A stretch of 64,000 nucleotides of DNA from Antedon mediterranea. Taxonomy: Eukaryota; Animalia; Echinodermata. The notes under the pieces are model-generated. The model searched no databases, was not told the DNA's origin, and worked only from the letters and a program-made list of their open reading frames with translations. Below, piece by piece: positions 29,001 through 44,000 of the stretch. The stretch is taken from positions 9,104,201-9,168,200 of the forward strand of contig NC_092670.1 of assembly GCF_964355755.1 (NCBI RefSeq), written 5' to 3'. A program made the position numbers and the translations under genes. Each line of letters opens with the position of its first letter. The stretch's first letter is position 1.

Positions 29001-32000
29001 TTACTGTTCATCCACCATCTTCCTTCATGTCACAGTAGACCATAAACTCGGGTCCTCCATCATGTGGCTGTATTAAATAGTCACCACTTTGAGCAGAAGG
29101 ATCATTTTCCAAAATTTCTCCACAGTCCCGGATAAGACACTTCTCTATAATATTTACATTTCATATAATTATATATAGTAACAATAATTTGTATTATACA
29201 CACACCTTAATTCTTTTTATTTGATTGGAGGATTGTGGGTCACATGATATTCACATATATGCTATTGAACTCTTTATTACGTCATTGAGAGTACAACATA
29301 CATAGATGGGCAAACCTGGCAAATTTCTCCTTTATAGTACAGTCATCCCTACTCTATTCTACTTGTCTATTGGAGAAATATAACATACTTTAGTGCTTAC
29401 TTCTTGATGGGCATACAAGACTTTCATGATCCATTGAAAGACTTTGAGCCAAGCACAACTGACATACAGCCAATTAGTATTATACTGGAATACATTCTGT
29501 ATCACACTTAAAGCTTCTTCACACAATGTTTTAACTGACAGCTTAACAGCTTACTTTCTAGGTAAAGACTATGTTTGATACAGGCATGTCGCCCAGATAG
29601 AGGCATAACTCTAAGTTAAATCTGGGTTAAGTACTATACTTAAACAATGAAGCAGTAAAGAAAACCTTAAAACTTCAGTAAAGGAGAGACAACACAGATG
29701 TTGGAAGGAATTCTGTTTTTTTATACAGTAATTGTTTTGTTTGTATGTTAATTCTCATGTTATTGAAGGAAAAATTCTACATACAGTAAAGGATACTTGT
29801 TTCCGTATAGGAAAGTAAACATGTTGGAAGCAATCATTCTTATTTTATGGCATATAAACAACAATCCATTATCTGATGATATTGATTGATAAGGAGGTAA
29901 TTATTTTTATTATTTGTTGGTTGGTTGTAAGATGTTCTTTATTGCTTTCCTGTCACGTCAGCCCTGGATTAAGTTGGCTATTTTTTATTTCCAATAGATT
30001 TCCAGGATTACAGGATATTTATATATAGACTTATTCCAGCCTCCTACATCAGCTCAGTATAAGTTCTTGAATTGTATGCACATGGGTGATTCCGTTTCTA
30101 CTTTAAGTATCGTCGATTGTGCCACAGTTTATTAAGATTTTTTCAAAGTAAAGACGTTTGTTGAATCGTGGAGGTATCTCCATGCTTGAATTCAACTGCG
30201 ATAGGGAGATTATACCAATTATTATGAATGCATCTAGGATTTGCTAAACTGAGCCCAGGGATTTCCCTTTTTGCAAAAACATGCATGTTGAGGTGTCGAA
30301 GGTTATTGTCTTGTGTATACAAAGTTCAAGGATGAAATATTCATTCATTGTGAAAACTATTTAAAGCTCTGTCTACTCTATCAAACTAGTTTGACAAACA
30401 ATTGTGATGCGCCCATATATGGACATGATGATGTCATATCACTACCATATTTGGATATATCACTACCATATTTGGGAAAATATTTTTGTCGTAACTAATT
30501 TGATAGTGTAGACAGAGCTTAATAGTGGTGGAACTGAAAATAAATACTCAGGTTCACTCAAAGTTCAGTTTGCATCAACTTTTAATTTTGTTTTCAAATG
30601 TTTTTTTTAATGATACGGGTACGGTCCTTTCACTTTTTATTTATTTTCTTGTATCATAAGTCTGATTAACTAAACAATTTCATAAACATCAATTAGATAT
30701 ACAGCTACAAAATATAGAGTAAGTTATACTTTTACAATAAAATTTAATGACAAAAAACAAGAAGAATGACGTTTCGGAACCATCATGGTCGATCTTGTTT
30801 TTTGTCATTAAATTTTATTGTAAAGTTATAGTAAGCGTCTATTAATTCATAAGTTATACTTTCTACTAACTATTAGATAACATGAATACAGTATTAACAT
30901 GGATAGGAATTAATGGGCCTAAAATAAGACCAAACACTTTCCATAACAAATATACATAAATAGAGTAATAAGTACTATTTTTGTATAAAAATAAAAATTA
31001 ATTATGATACAAAAGTAATGAAATGTCTTCTTATGATGCTCTCTTGACCATCATTACTACCTTCTTTAAACTGTAAGCACTAGTGCTTTTGAAACTTCTC
31101 CAAATGATGCCATTATATGGAAATGGATTAGGACCTGGTGTAAGGTATTGCCCATTCAGGTTTGATATATAGCAGGGTCCGTACCACCAAGCTCCTTTGG
31201 CATTCACAGCACAGTTTGCACCCCCCACAATGTCAATGTTGTTTCTGTCATAGGTTGAAAATGGTTCACCATTATAACTGTGTTGGGATGTCAAAGAGTC
31301 ACCTAAAAAAAACAAAATGATAATAGATCACTTTATATACTTTATATACTTGATCAATCTTTGATTTACTGTATGTTTTGTTTTGAGTTTTGCATATATT
31401 ATTTTTGACTGGAATGGACTACTTGGCAGTTTACCTTTTCATACCTAAAGTATGGCACAGTTTTTTACATCAAGGACAGAGAAGGGTCATATAAGCTCTA
31501 AGCTTCAAACACACCCAACAAGCAAGTACAAAAAGCAAGAATTTTCAAAGATATTACTCTATGTTTGGAAATATTTTTTAATATCGATGATATATTGTTG
31601 AAAAGAAGTGAACATTTTTTTTTTTTGGCCCGTTTTTCAGAAAAAAATACATTATTGGCCCTTATCACAATGCTACAAGGGTGTATACCCACTGTCACAA
31701 AGTTGAAATTGAAAAAATACCAACCTGCTGTTCCTCTGTATCCACTGATTGTCAAAGTGTAGTCAGACTCTTCGTTACCAATATGAAAGTGAGAATATTT
31801 CGCAACCCTTGTTTCGTTTAAGTGATCAGTCATCTCGATTAAGAGCTCATTATTTCCATCAGATGTTAAACGATTAATTTGTTCGTTACCAAGCCAGTAC
31901 TCTGAGTTCACGTTTCCAAAACCCGCTTTGTAGGCTGCCCAATTGCGGTAGAAGTTTTCCGAACCATCCTCTCTCCGTTGTATGACCTGATAAAGAACAG

Positions 32001-35000
32001 AAACTTACTGCTGACGTACAAACAAGTTTTGATATTCTAAGGGCGTGTGGCGCAGTGTGTTTAGGTAAAATCGGAATGGGATCAAGAATTAAAGACTATT
32101 ACTCGTAGTGTTGCTTGTCTTCTTTGGCAGGTGACATTGCTTTGTTTGCCTCTTGCCACCCAGGTGTAATGGGTACCTCGTAATGTCAAACACAATTGCG
32201 CTGAGTAGTTGCAAAATTATGGGAGTTGTCCATACATGTTTGATCCAATGACAGGGGTAATATGTGAAGCACTTAAGAGATTTGAGCATAACCACTAAGT
32301 AATACTGTATATGAGATTGATAGTGACAACTGTATTGAGGGCATGTGGCGCAGGGTGTTGGACGTTGGACTATTGATCGTGAGACCGAGGTTCGAATCCA
32401 ACTCTCACCGCATTGCTTGTATCCTTAGGCAAGATACTTTACTTACGTTTGCCTCTCTCCACCCAGGTGTATAAATGGGTACCCGGTTAGATCAAGACAC
32501 AACTTTTCTCTGATTACTAGCTGCATTATGGGAGTATGTTTCCATACGTGTTTGATCCACAAAAAAATGACTGGGGTAATAATGTATATAAATCCGGGAT
32601 ATTATTATTATTATTATTAAATCCAAATGCTGAATAGTTCAAACAAAAGAGTGAGCAAATAAAATACACTGTCTTGTCATTTATTTTATAGCTCATAATA
32701 ACAAACTGTAATTTGGTAGTAAAGTAAAATTATATATCAGTATCGGTATCTTTATTTCAATAAAACACATTAAAATTGCCATGGCAACCAAAAATGTTGA
32801 ATTAGGGCACTTATTTACAATTTGTTAAAATGCAGTAAAACATATTAAAGCTGTACATAAAAATATTGCAAGGAAAAAAAACAAGAAAAAACAAAAGTAT
32901 TTCGAAAGTTGTAGGTCACATAATAAAACGATTGTGCCCTATCAATCGCTCCACATGCTGTAGTATTGTCAATTACAATTTTCACTGGATTTTCACCGGA
33001 CAGCACGTTCCCTTATTAAATTTTTTTTTTCGTGTATATAACTTCTTAGCATTGCTTTACTTACTGTCCATCCCCCATCAGTCCATAGGTTATCTGTCCA
33101 TCGTCCATCTTTCCATCCAGTGTCCTGCTTCATGTAACAGTAGACAGTCAACTCTGGTTCTCCATCATGTGGCTGTATCACATATACACCACTTTGAGCT
33201 GAAGAATCCCTTTGTAAAATTTCACCACAGTCCCTCAAAGAACTTGCTAAACGGTTTTGGGGTTTTTTGAAAAATATAAAAGAAATGTCACTACATTTAA
33301 TAGTTTGGTACTTGGATACTGAGATACCTTTGACCTATAATAATACCCTGGAAGGATTAGTGGTATCCAAAACTCTGTAACTTCTTTTCTGTTTTACTTT
33401 ATTGTTTTAATTCAGCTTTTTGCTTATTTTATAAGCTTCTCCATTGATATCCAGACACAATGTTGTCATTTTTTCATTAATTTACCTTTTGATTTATTTA
33501 TATCAAATAGTGTATAAGTTATACAAGAACATTTAGTCATATTTGCTTTTATTTTGGTTTAACAATGTGAGAATTAAGCATATATTTCTGCTTTTCTATC
33601 GTTACTGCTCTATTCCATTCTCCACCTAGCTTACAGTATAAACATACTCCATTGATTGAAGATGTAGAATTTGTAGATGTGAAGTTTAAGAAAGTTGAAT
33701 AGTCATTTCTGCTCTATATTCTCCCTCATTTAGTTGCTTACAAACATTTTTACTTACCTGCTGTACTGCATTCACAAATGTCAGGAACGTCTATTTGGCA
33801 GCTGGAAGCCATCACAACCAGCGCACAGCCAATTACTAACATTCTGCAATCCATTCTGTATCGCACTTGAAAGCTTCCTCTCACAATATTACTTAAGGTT
33901 ATACTTTGTTAGGCTACAGTACAGTATGTTTCATATCAAACAAGTCTTCCATTTTATAGGCCTAAAATTAAAAATTACACAAAGAAATCCTTGTATAATT
34001 TAGTACTTCCCTATTTGTAGACTAAACATCACATGCTGGTTTCAATTCTTATTAATTTATAATACTTTGAGAGTTGATGTGGAAAAAAACAATACATTAT
34101 GTACCGTAGTTATCAAAGATACATACTGTTAATTCCCCAGGATTTGTTGATTTTGATCATAGAAGAGTTAAATAATTTCACTCTTTCCTGATTTTGATAT
34201 TGTTTTTTACCTTTGATAATATTGATATGCATCACTTTATGAAGCATAAAAAAGTATTTTCACTATTAACTCCAGTGAAATCAAATGTATATTTTGGTGT
34301 TTTTAAAAAGAGAAGAAACTCACAAACTATTGCTATTTTAAAACAATTTTAGTTTTTTCTTCGCTCTCTATTCCATTTGGTGTTACTGTAGCCACTAATC
34401 CAACCTCTACGCCTCCCACCTCCACCTCTTCCTATCAAACATGCTGGTAAAATGCTGCTTGCCGATATATTCACTTCAGGCTATTGTGCCGGGAACTTTC
34501 AAGTGAGAAGGAGTCAAGGTATATCTGACCAATAAGTGTCCTACAAAGTGGTATTCAATTTCAATTCAACATTTATTTCAACCAAAATCAAACATTAACA
34601 TAATAATATGTACATAAACTAAACAAATAAAACCACCACCAAAAAAAAGTCTTTGGGATTTCATCATATATTTTCCCAGGAATCTTATTGACAGGAATTA
34701 CTGTAAAATGAAAAATATTTGATGTTGCAATGTGCTCACCCTGCCCTGCTCCTTTCTTGCATGTGCTTGTGTATAATAACTTGCCATGTATATTGTTACC
34801 AAATACAGTATGACCAAATAAATGGTCTGTTGCATAACAGAAATTAGGATGTGGATATTGCCGTTGAAACTACACCCTCAAATAAATATGAATAATCTGT
34901 TAAAGTTTATTGTGTATATTGAAGATGTTTATTTATTGTAAGTTTGACATTGGAGACTTTATACTTTTATTAATTAGCATAGACTAAAATAGTAAAATAT

Positions 35001-38000
35001 ATTGACAATGATTACTTGATTGTAAATAAACAAACTACCATAGATTTATTATTACTATTATTTTATAGTAATTAATTAAAGATACCGTGCTCTTTTAATC
35101 ATCATCACTATTTTCTTATGACTGTACAAATAAGTTGGCCATGTATGACTATACCAATTGATGCCTGGACCACTGCCAGCAGCAATAGGTCCTGGCGTAC
35201 GATAAGGCCCGTTTAGATTTGCATTTGTAAAAAGTCTATACCACCAGCCACCTTTACCAGTCACAGCTAAGTTACCACTGCTCCACTCATCATTGTCTCT
35301 ATCAAAGGTTGAAAATGGTTGCCCATTGTCAAATTCCATAGGGTTACCTAAAAAAAATGTATAATTTTTAGTATTATTTCATAACTTTTAAATACAGTTG
35401 TCTTCTTTGTATAAAAAATGGATATCTATTAGGAAATGGGAGGGGAAGAAGGGGAAGCCCTCCCTGGGATAAGGGGGAGGGGTGTTGTACAAGTTTTAAA
35501 AAAATAATTTCATTTCAGTGATAACATGTTTTTTTTAAATATAAATTTGATCTCTTATTTACCCTAAAATAAAATGTTTTGTGTAAAATTAATATTGATT
35601 ACAGATACACTAACCAGCAGTTCCTCTAAATCCATATCCCCGCAATCCAGTGATACTCATATTATAGTTAGAGTCCTCAGTACCAATACCAAAATGAGAA
35701 TATCTTGCCAACCTCAGTACATTTAAGTGGTCTGTGATCTCTATTAAGAGCTCATAATCACCATTAGATGTTATACGGTGGATCTTTTCGTTACCAAGCC
35801 AGAACTCTGAGTGCACATTTCCAAAACCCTCTTTGTATTCTGCCCAATTGTGGTAGAAATTTACCGAACCATCCTCTCTTCGTTGTATCACCTGATAATA
35901 ATAAGATTATCAAGAATAAGAAGACACACCAGGAACAAGTAATCAGCACAAACCCACCTTATATTATGACTTTTTTCCCTCATAAAAATGCCTACTGTAT
36001 AGGTATTTATGTTTTTGTATCATTCCCTGAATGTTCTTTATTATTTAATTAAATACATGTGGATGCGGAGATTTTTATTTTTACTGTTTAAGTTTTAGGA
36101 CTTCAGAATTACTTTTTCTTGAAGCTCACAATTTTAATGAAATTGTTTTCACTTTTTTTGTTTAGGAATTTAAAACTATTCCCATAAGCCATAGCAATAC
36201 TAATTTTTGTCAATTTTTACTTACTGTCCATCCGCCATCTGTCCATTCTCCACCTTGCTTCATGTCACAGTAAACAGTAAACGCTGATCTTCCATCGTGT
36301 GGCTTTATCACATAATCATCACTGACCGCAGAAGGATTGTTTTCCAAAATTTCACCACAGTCCCTAGACTTTCCTAAAATACAAAGTATTATAAGTTTTG
36401 ATTTCTGATTACGCTCTCTCAGTATAGCACATAACCAGATCAGCACATCATGAGATGTTGGCAATCATAAATGGACCCACTCTATTGTAAAGATGGTGGG
36501 CCAGTTTTTTGTTCCATACTGTTAAATTGTCAGTGTATTATAAGCCCTTATTTTTCGTTATTTTTCATGACAATGATCGTTTTTTTAAAGTGAACGCACC
36601 AATTGACAAAATTCTCAATGGCATGTTTGTTTAGTTTACTTAAAACACCTTTCCTACTGTTTATATCAACATTAAGTTACTACATTATGTTTATTTCTTG
36701 AAATTTAGCAAGGTATATTTTTTTTGGAGGGGTGGGGGATAATCATATACTGTTTCAAATTACAGTGTCTGCCTCATAAGCTTGTACATTGAAACAAACT
36801 AAAATCATGCATTGAAATGAAATATTGAAATAAGAAAATATAGATACTGCAGAAACTGCAGTAAAATAATTTTGACATGATTCCCTTTAATGTATTTTGC
36901 ATGGTGAACATTTACTTTTGTAACACTAAAATCACAGACAAGATAATCAAAGCATAAAATCACATGTGTGAAGAATTTAAATTTAATATTTCCTTTGCAA
37001 ATGGTCTTTTCTACAACCTTGTGTTCTTTTGTTTTTGCTATCTCCCAGATAGTTAATAATTTATTCAAATTATAAAATTATATACAAGATGGTATTTTTT
37101 GTTGGCAATGAAGTACATACAGTACTATATTTCTTTCTTCTTTATTTAGTTTTGAAAAAATATTTACGAGCCATTTGGACCATCAAAATAAAGACAGGAA
37201 CATGCTCATTATTATTCGTAATTTATTTTTATTTATTTTTAATTCACCTTATTAATTATAGAGGGTGACCCTAAACAGCGTATGCTGGCAATCAAGGGGC
37301 CATCTTGATGAGTGTGACAGTGGCTGTGTGTATACTAGTACACCGATGTAACCCCCTAATTGTCTCAAAAGATGTACTAACTACTAGGTTCTTTAAGTGC
37401 ACATGAGCCAGATATGTACACTGGACCTACAGTTTATAGTCCTTATCCGAGAAGATTCGTTCTACCACCGGAACCATGAAGTGAGCGAGGCTTGAATCCT
37501 TGCCGATGTTAATATGGCAAGGTACTATTTCACTGTCTTAACAGCTTATAAAGCGCCTTTCCAAAGAATGATCAAAGTGCTGTACAGAGTAATTACGGAA
37601 TCAATTATTAAAACATACAAAATACAAATGTTTCGAAATACTGTACTACTTCCCATGGAAAGACTCTTTAATACACTAATCCTAGTCTGAAGTCTACCTC
37701 CAGTCTCCTATGATCGAAATGTATCTGGATGTGAGTGAGGGGTAACAGTTAACTACATTAATCAGTGGTCTAGTTTATGCCGAAAACAGATTTCTCAAAA
37801 GCTTATAAGAAAGTAGCATATTATTCTTGCTGTTAATTTCACTCATATTGTTCTAACTAAACTACAAAAATTTGTACTTACTGCATTCACAGTTATCAGA
37901 AACTGTTGTTGGGAGACAGGCAGCCATCACAACCAATATACAGCAAATTGCTAACATTCTGGAATCCATTCTATCAAACTTCCTCACATATAAATATAAC

Positions 38001-41000
38001 TGACAGCTATATTATTTAGGCCACAGTATGTTAGATTTAAACAAGTCTCCCATTATATAATAGGCCTAACATTGCTCAAAGAAATTCATGCATAATTTTA
38101 TACTTTCCTGTTTGTATAGTAAACAATACATGCTTGAATAAATTCTTAATTTTTCATTGTTTGGGAGTTGGTGTGGAATTTCCTTTATATTATATTGTGA
38201 TAAACTGAAATTAGTAACTATTTGCTGATTTTATTATTGTTTTTTAACTTTTGATATGTGAAGCATACATGGTTTTAAACTGCTATATGTTTCATTTAAT
38301 ATTATACAGATTATGCATTCTTAGCGGTAAAAAACATGATTTGAAATCCTCAAGGGAATGATATTTTGCTCGAGGGAAATATAATTCTCGAGAGCATGAT
38401 ATCATTCCCGAGTGGATGTCAAATCTTATATTTTACCGATATAAAAGGCGATATCTTTTATATTATATAGCCGACAACAAGTAGAATATCTACTGAGTTG
38501 GGTAGCTAGGCCTCCTTTATGTAATAAGCCTGCCTACAGTTAGGCGTCGCATTCACCTTACCTTGCGAAGAATAATATACAGATAACTACTAATTAATGA
38601 TTCCTTGGCAATAAAATATTCACTTAGGCCTAGGTCGTTTAAATAATAACAGAAGAATTTCCATCAATAAGCCTACATTAATAATAGTAATATTATTATC
38701 AGGTAGGCCGAATAAATAATAATTCATCTTCTTCTTCGAATCACCGAATGTTCAGTGTGCTGCGCGTACCAGGTTACTACCGTGAGTATTGACCAATGAC
38801 AAACGGTCTTTCGTCACATCTATAGAGGGTGAATAACAAATGATGGCACGATGTATGCATAGTTTAAATAGTTTAGTTGATTCATTTCTTCAAGCAAGTT
38901 ACGTGGCGCAGCGGGTAAAACATTGTATTGATGATGATTGATTGTGATCTTCGCGAGTTCAAGTCTCAGAGAATTTAATGGATTATGTATTACAGTTTCA
39001 ACCAATATCACGTTCACGTATTTACATAGGCTATGTAATATAAACATTTATAATGCCATTATAATGTCACATAATAGATATTCACTTTGACCAACAATCC
39101 ATTATCTGATGATTTTGATTGAAGGAGGTACTTATTATTGTTTTTGGATGAAGATGTTCTTTGAGTTTTCTTTATTGCTTTCCTGTCACGTCAGCCCTGG
39201 ATAAAGTTGGTGTTTTTTTTTCCCATAGATTTTAGGATGTTGTTATATTTGGGTACCTTTACTGTGGTAGGGAGGTTATACCAATCATTAATGTATTTGT
39301 GTACAAATGAAAGCTTCCTTTACAGTATGTCCAGTCATGTTATTGTTTTAACCTTTGATAATATTAGTGGCAATCAGCAAGGGCCTGTTTCCATTGAGCA
39401 GAAAATATGGTTTTTCTTGCCAGCAGAAATGGGTCTGCATAAAAAACTACAAAGAAAAACCAATCTTAAAAACGGTTTCAAAAATCCCAATTAATTCCGG
39501 TCTTGGTCGAAAGAACTGTTCTGAAACCGGTTTCCGTGGAGCAATTTTTAGCTGCAACACAATCGCTGTCTCAATTTGACCCCAAAAACTGAACTCTGCT
39601 GCACTGGGACGATTGCGGTCAACTCACACTCAAACCGTGCGATAGGACCTTGGGCTAGTCAATTTTATTTGTCTAGATAGTGAGTATTTTATTTAACTAA
39701 AAAATGTGGACCAATGCAATTACTAGGTTCATAATAAATATGTGGGGAGAAAAAAGGAGAGGGAGACTAGCCGGGAGTCGGAAGAAATAATTATAAATAA
39801 AAATATTGTCAAGCGTGTGAAAGACGAGTTCAACTTGACAATATCAGAGGGTGCGACGTACCTATACTTTAACCAAGGACCACAATAGCATGTCAGGTAA
39901 TAATGACAGGATTACCTGCCCCTTCTATGACTTACTGGATACAATTCTTGGGGATTGCGCTATGTGAAAGTAAAAATGGCCTCGATCCAATCACGCTTCC
40001 GCCTAACGAATTGCATTGTGCTATATAATGACGTCATTCCTGACGAACGCACATGGACGGAACCTGTTTTATTGGAGTAAAAATTGAGCTGCAATGCCAT
40101 CTTTATTTATAAACAACTGCCGAAATCGGTTTCCAAGAAAACCGTTCTGGTTTTTTTTTTCAATAGAAACAGGCCCTAATAAACCTCAGTAAAATCAAAT
40201 TGTTTACTATAGATACATTTTAAATAGCGCATTTTATGTTTAAATGAATTATATAGATAACTGTGACCTCTATTGTTTGGTCATGCTTTTATTAAGCTAT
40301 GGTTACAGTACCACAAACTAGGTACTACTATATTTGTAAAAAAAATTAAATTTTAAAAATATTAATCTAAAGAAAATATGTAATAAATTGCTGTAAGATT
40401 TATTTTAAGATTTAAGATTTTATTATAATAACATGATGACTGCATGATTAAAAGGTTTTTATTTATGACAAATAAACACTGGTAAAACTTTGAAGTACAT
40501 CATTGATTTCAAGTAGTGATTGATTGATTGATTGATTTTATTCGATATTCATACACAAAAGTTAAAATATACAATGTACAAAAAGAATACCAGAAACCCA
40601 TTAAGTCGACAAATAAAAGTAAACTTATTTCCAATGGGGTCAAATCCGTATTAACTGAAAAAGTGAGTGTTTGGGCCTAGTACAATATATCATTAAGTTG
40701 GACGCAGTAAAATTGGAAAAACAAGAAAATACATATAAGACAAGATAACATCAAAAAACAATATTAAAAAATAACTTAATTAAACTGATATTCCAAGCTG
40801 TTCATTATTAAAATATTCTTTAAAGGGGGGTTCCGGGTTTAAAATGAATAGTAAAAAATGTAAAATATATTTGTTTGTCTCTTGAACGGTAAAAGTTTCA
40901 ATTTATATAAGCGCCCAGTGAAGCAGAACGAAGGCTGTGAAATCAGGCCAGATTACAAGTGCAGCTACGGCAAAATCACACTGTGGTTACAAAATAGGAA

Positions 41001-44000
41001 ATTCGTGAAATGGTCCGTCTTCCGACGACTCGTTATCATTAACCATATCAATTACTTTTGTAAAATTATACTTATCTGATGTAATTTTAGTCGGTCTTCC
41101 CATTTATAAAGTCAATTTTTTATGAAAATTCATCAAAATAGTGAAAAATTAGATATGTTTGCACTTTACGTTTGCCGATTTTCGCACCGACTTAGGGAAA
41201 AATCAAAATCAATGAAGCGTAACGTATACTGTACATTCCTGCTGAGGATCGGATAGAGCGAGACGACGATACACGTGCTCTCTCTGCTGCCCATGCCTGG
41301 CATCGTCACGTGATAAGCAGATACAACAATACCAAACTGGTCGGGTCGAGTATACCCCGTCTATAATCACAACATGAACGATGTACAGTATTTGATTGAA
41401 GGTCGACTCGACCTACCGGAATGGTATAGATAATATAGCTCGAATGAGAGAGTTGGAATATTTGTGTAGTGCAGCCTATAGTAAAAGGCCTGGTAGTATC
41501 AATTCGCATAGGGTCTACTACACTAGCTAGCTCAATTTTTAACTGGGCCGGATCGGCTAGGTCTCCTTCCTACTACCTGGTCTACTTGCTTGATGCATGA
41601 GTATCCGCTTTTTTGGAGAGTAAACTAAGCCTATTTTATTTTAGACGATCGGGACACCATACGTGTGGACGGCGATCGGACCTTGTTTTGCTTCAATATT
41701 TACAGCCGATTTTGTAGAACGTTTTAGGTTTAGATTGTTTATGAGTTTGGTTGATAGGATGGGTTTTGTTATTTATGGGCCAATCGTCTAGTAGTAGGCT
41801 AGCTAGGGCTATGGGCCCCACTGTTTTAACGTAGCCATCGTGGCATGGAATCCCTAGTCAAAATGGCTCTCGCCCATTAATTAGGCTAGGCCTCGAGTAG
41901 TATTGTACGTGAAGCCGATAATACGATCTGTACTATAGAGGTATAAAAATAGTATAATTTATGACTCCGTAATCTTTACTAAATTTTGTATTTCATTAAA
42001 TGTCAAATAAATATATGCTACTGCTGTTATTATTACACTTTAGGCCTAGCTTAGAAAATTTACAAAAAATGTATTTCACAATGATCGGGTGGTCGTCGTT
42101 TGACAGGGGAGAGAGATGTAAATTAGTTGACAAAGACAACGTACATGACGTCGCGAGTTTGGAATCCACTGGTGACGTGATTTTGTGAATATCGCATGAA
42201 TATTAATGAGCTTCCCTAAGCTGCTGAAAAACAGACTTTCCATGAATTTACCCTAAAATGTATATGAAATTTAATTTTTTTAATTTCTCGTTATTACTTC
42301 TTCATTCTGACATGTCTATATTGTTATAATATTTTTTATTTAATAAATAAACGATATTTAAAAGCAATTTTAAACCCAGAATCCCCCTTTAAGTTTTATT
42401 TTGAAGGTTGCATTATTTTGTATTGATTTGAGTGAATTGGGGAGCCTTTTCCAGTCACGGATACCTAAGAAATAAAAAGTCGAATCATTAACGCCAGTAG
42501 CCTGGAGTGACAAAATTAAATGTTGTACCCCTGGTAGTGTTGTATTGGAATCACATTATATACTGCAAACCTTTTAGTTTACTAATATTACTAAAATAAT
42601 GTTTACTTTGAAACATTTAGTGATTCCAATACAAGATAAATTGTAAAATACTAGATGGTACGCTCGCTTCGCTCGCGTACCATCTAGGTCGTGCCCACAG
42701 ATGGTTCTCGAATACACAGTAATTTCAGGGTAAACAATCTGGCGATTTTAAATGCACGTACCGCAGGACTATAATACATTGCTGTTTACAGAAACGAATA
42801 AGTAGACACAATGATTTATGTAGTCAACCAAAATTAGCACCCTGGGAATTACTTCGGAAAGAGAAACTTACAACAAAATGAGTCCAAATTGTTTATTCAT
42901 TTTAAGAAACCCAATTAGGGTTAAGGGATGGGAAAGAGGATAGGTACAAAGAGGAACAATTTTTAAATATATTCTTTATCCACGTCAGTAACGAAATATT
43001 GTTTTCAATTTTTATAGGCCTATAAATAATATACCACTAACGGTGACTAAATATAGTAAAACATTTGCGATTTAATACTTTGTTAAAACTGTCACTGTCA
43101 TAGTCGATTGAAATAGTAAAGTACATGTAACGATACACCACTACGACGTTTATATTTTTTGTAATTAATAATTAATGCAAACGTTGAGAAGTAATAAAGT
43201 TTATTTGTATATTACGTGTTTATATATCTAACAGTAGAGCCTACCCATAATCACAGTAATAAAGTTTATTTGTATATATTTTTTTACATCTAACAGTATT
43301 CACAGTAAGAAATGTTTGTATATATTTTTTTACATCTAACAGTATTCACAGTAAGAAATGTTCGATTCAAATGACGACCAAAAATGGTTAATAGGTATTT
43401 GCAGTACTGTATTGTCAAAGTTTTGCAAGTTTATTCTCCAAGGGCTCATAAATTTACCTACTTGTGTTAAACCAAACTGGCAGACTGAGAGATTGGAATG
43501 TTCCATTCATCGCAAATCAATACATTTGTAAAAACGTAAATTAAATCTATCAAAATAGTATTTTTTTAAGAAAATCGGCCTGTCTTCAACATTATGATGC
43601 TGTACTCGGGCAGTTCAACCGGTTTTCAGCTATTAAAAACAATTATCGTAGGAGGAGATAGGAAAATGCGAAGCGTCCTAGTATTATTGTGTGCGGGTAT
43701 TTTTCAAGTTGGACATCCATTAGACAGTGTATACCACGATCGGAAAACACCCCTATTTGGGGCAAATCGTTGAACCTAAATTCGTTTTAATCGTCAATAA
43801 CTAATTATCTAACTCAATTTAATTAGTAAACAGGGTTACATCAGGTGGTTAAAATCAGTACCGAAAGTACGAACCAACTTTATATACCATCGAGTAAAAA
43901 TTCTAGAAATAAACCGCGATTTATCGAATTTTGCCCTTACGTAAATTTATATATAGATGTGGTAGATACAAATTCACATAAACGTTTGTATTGTATTGAG

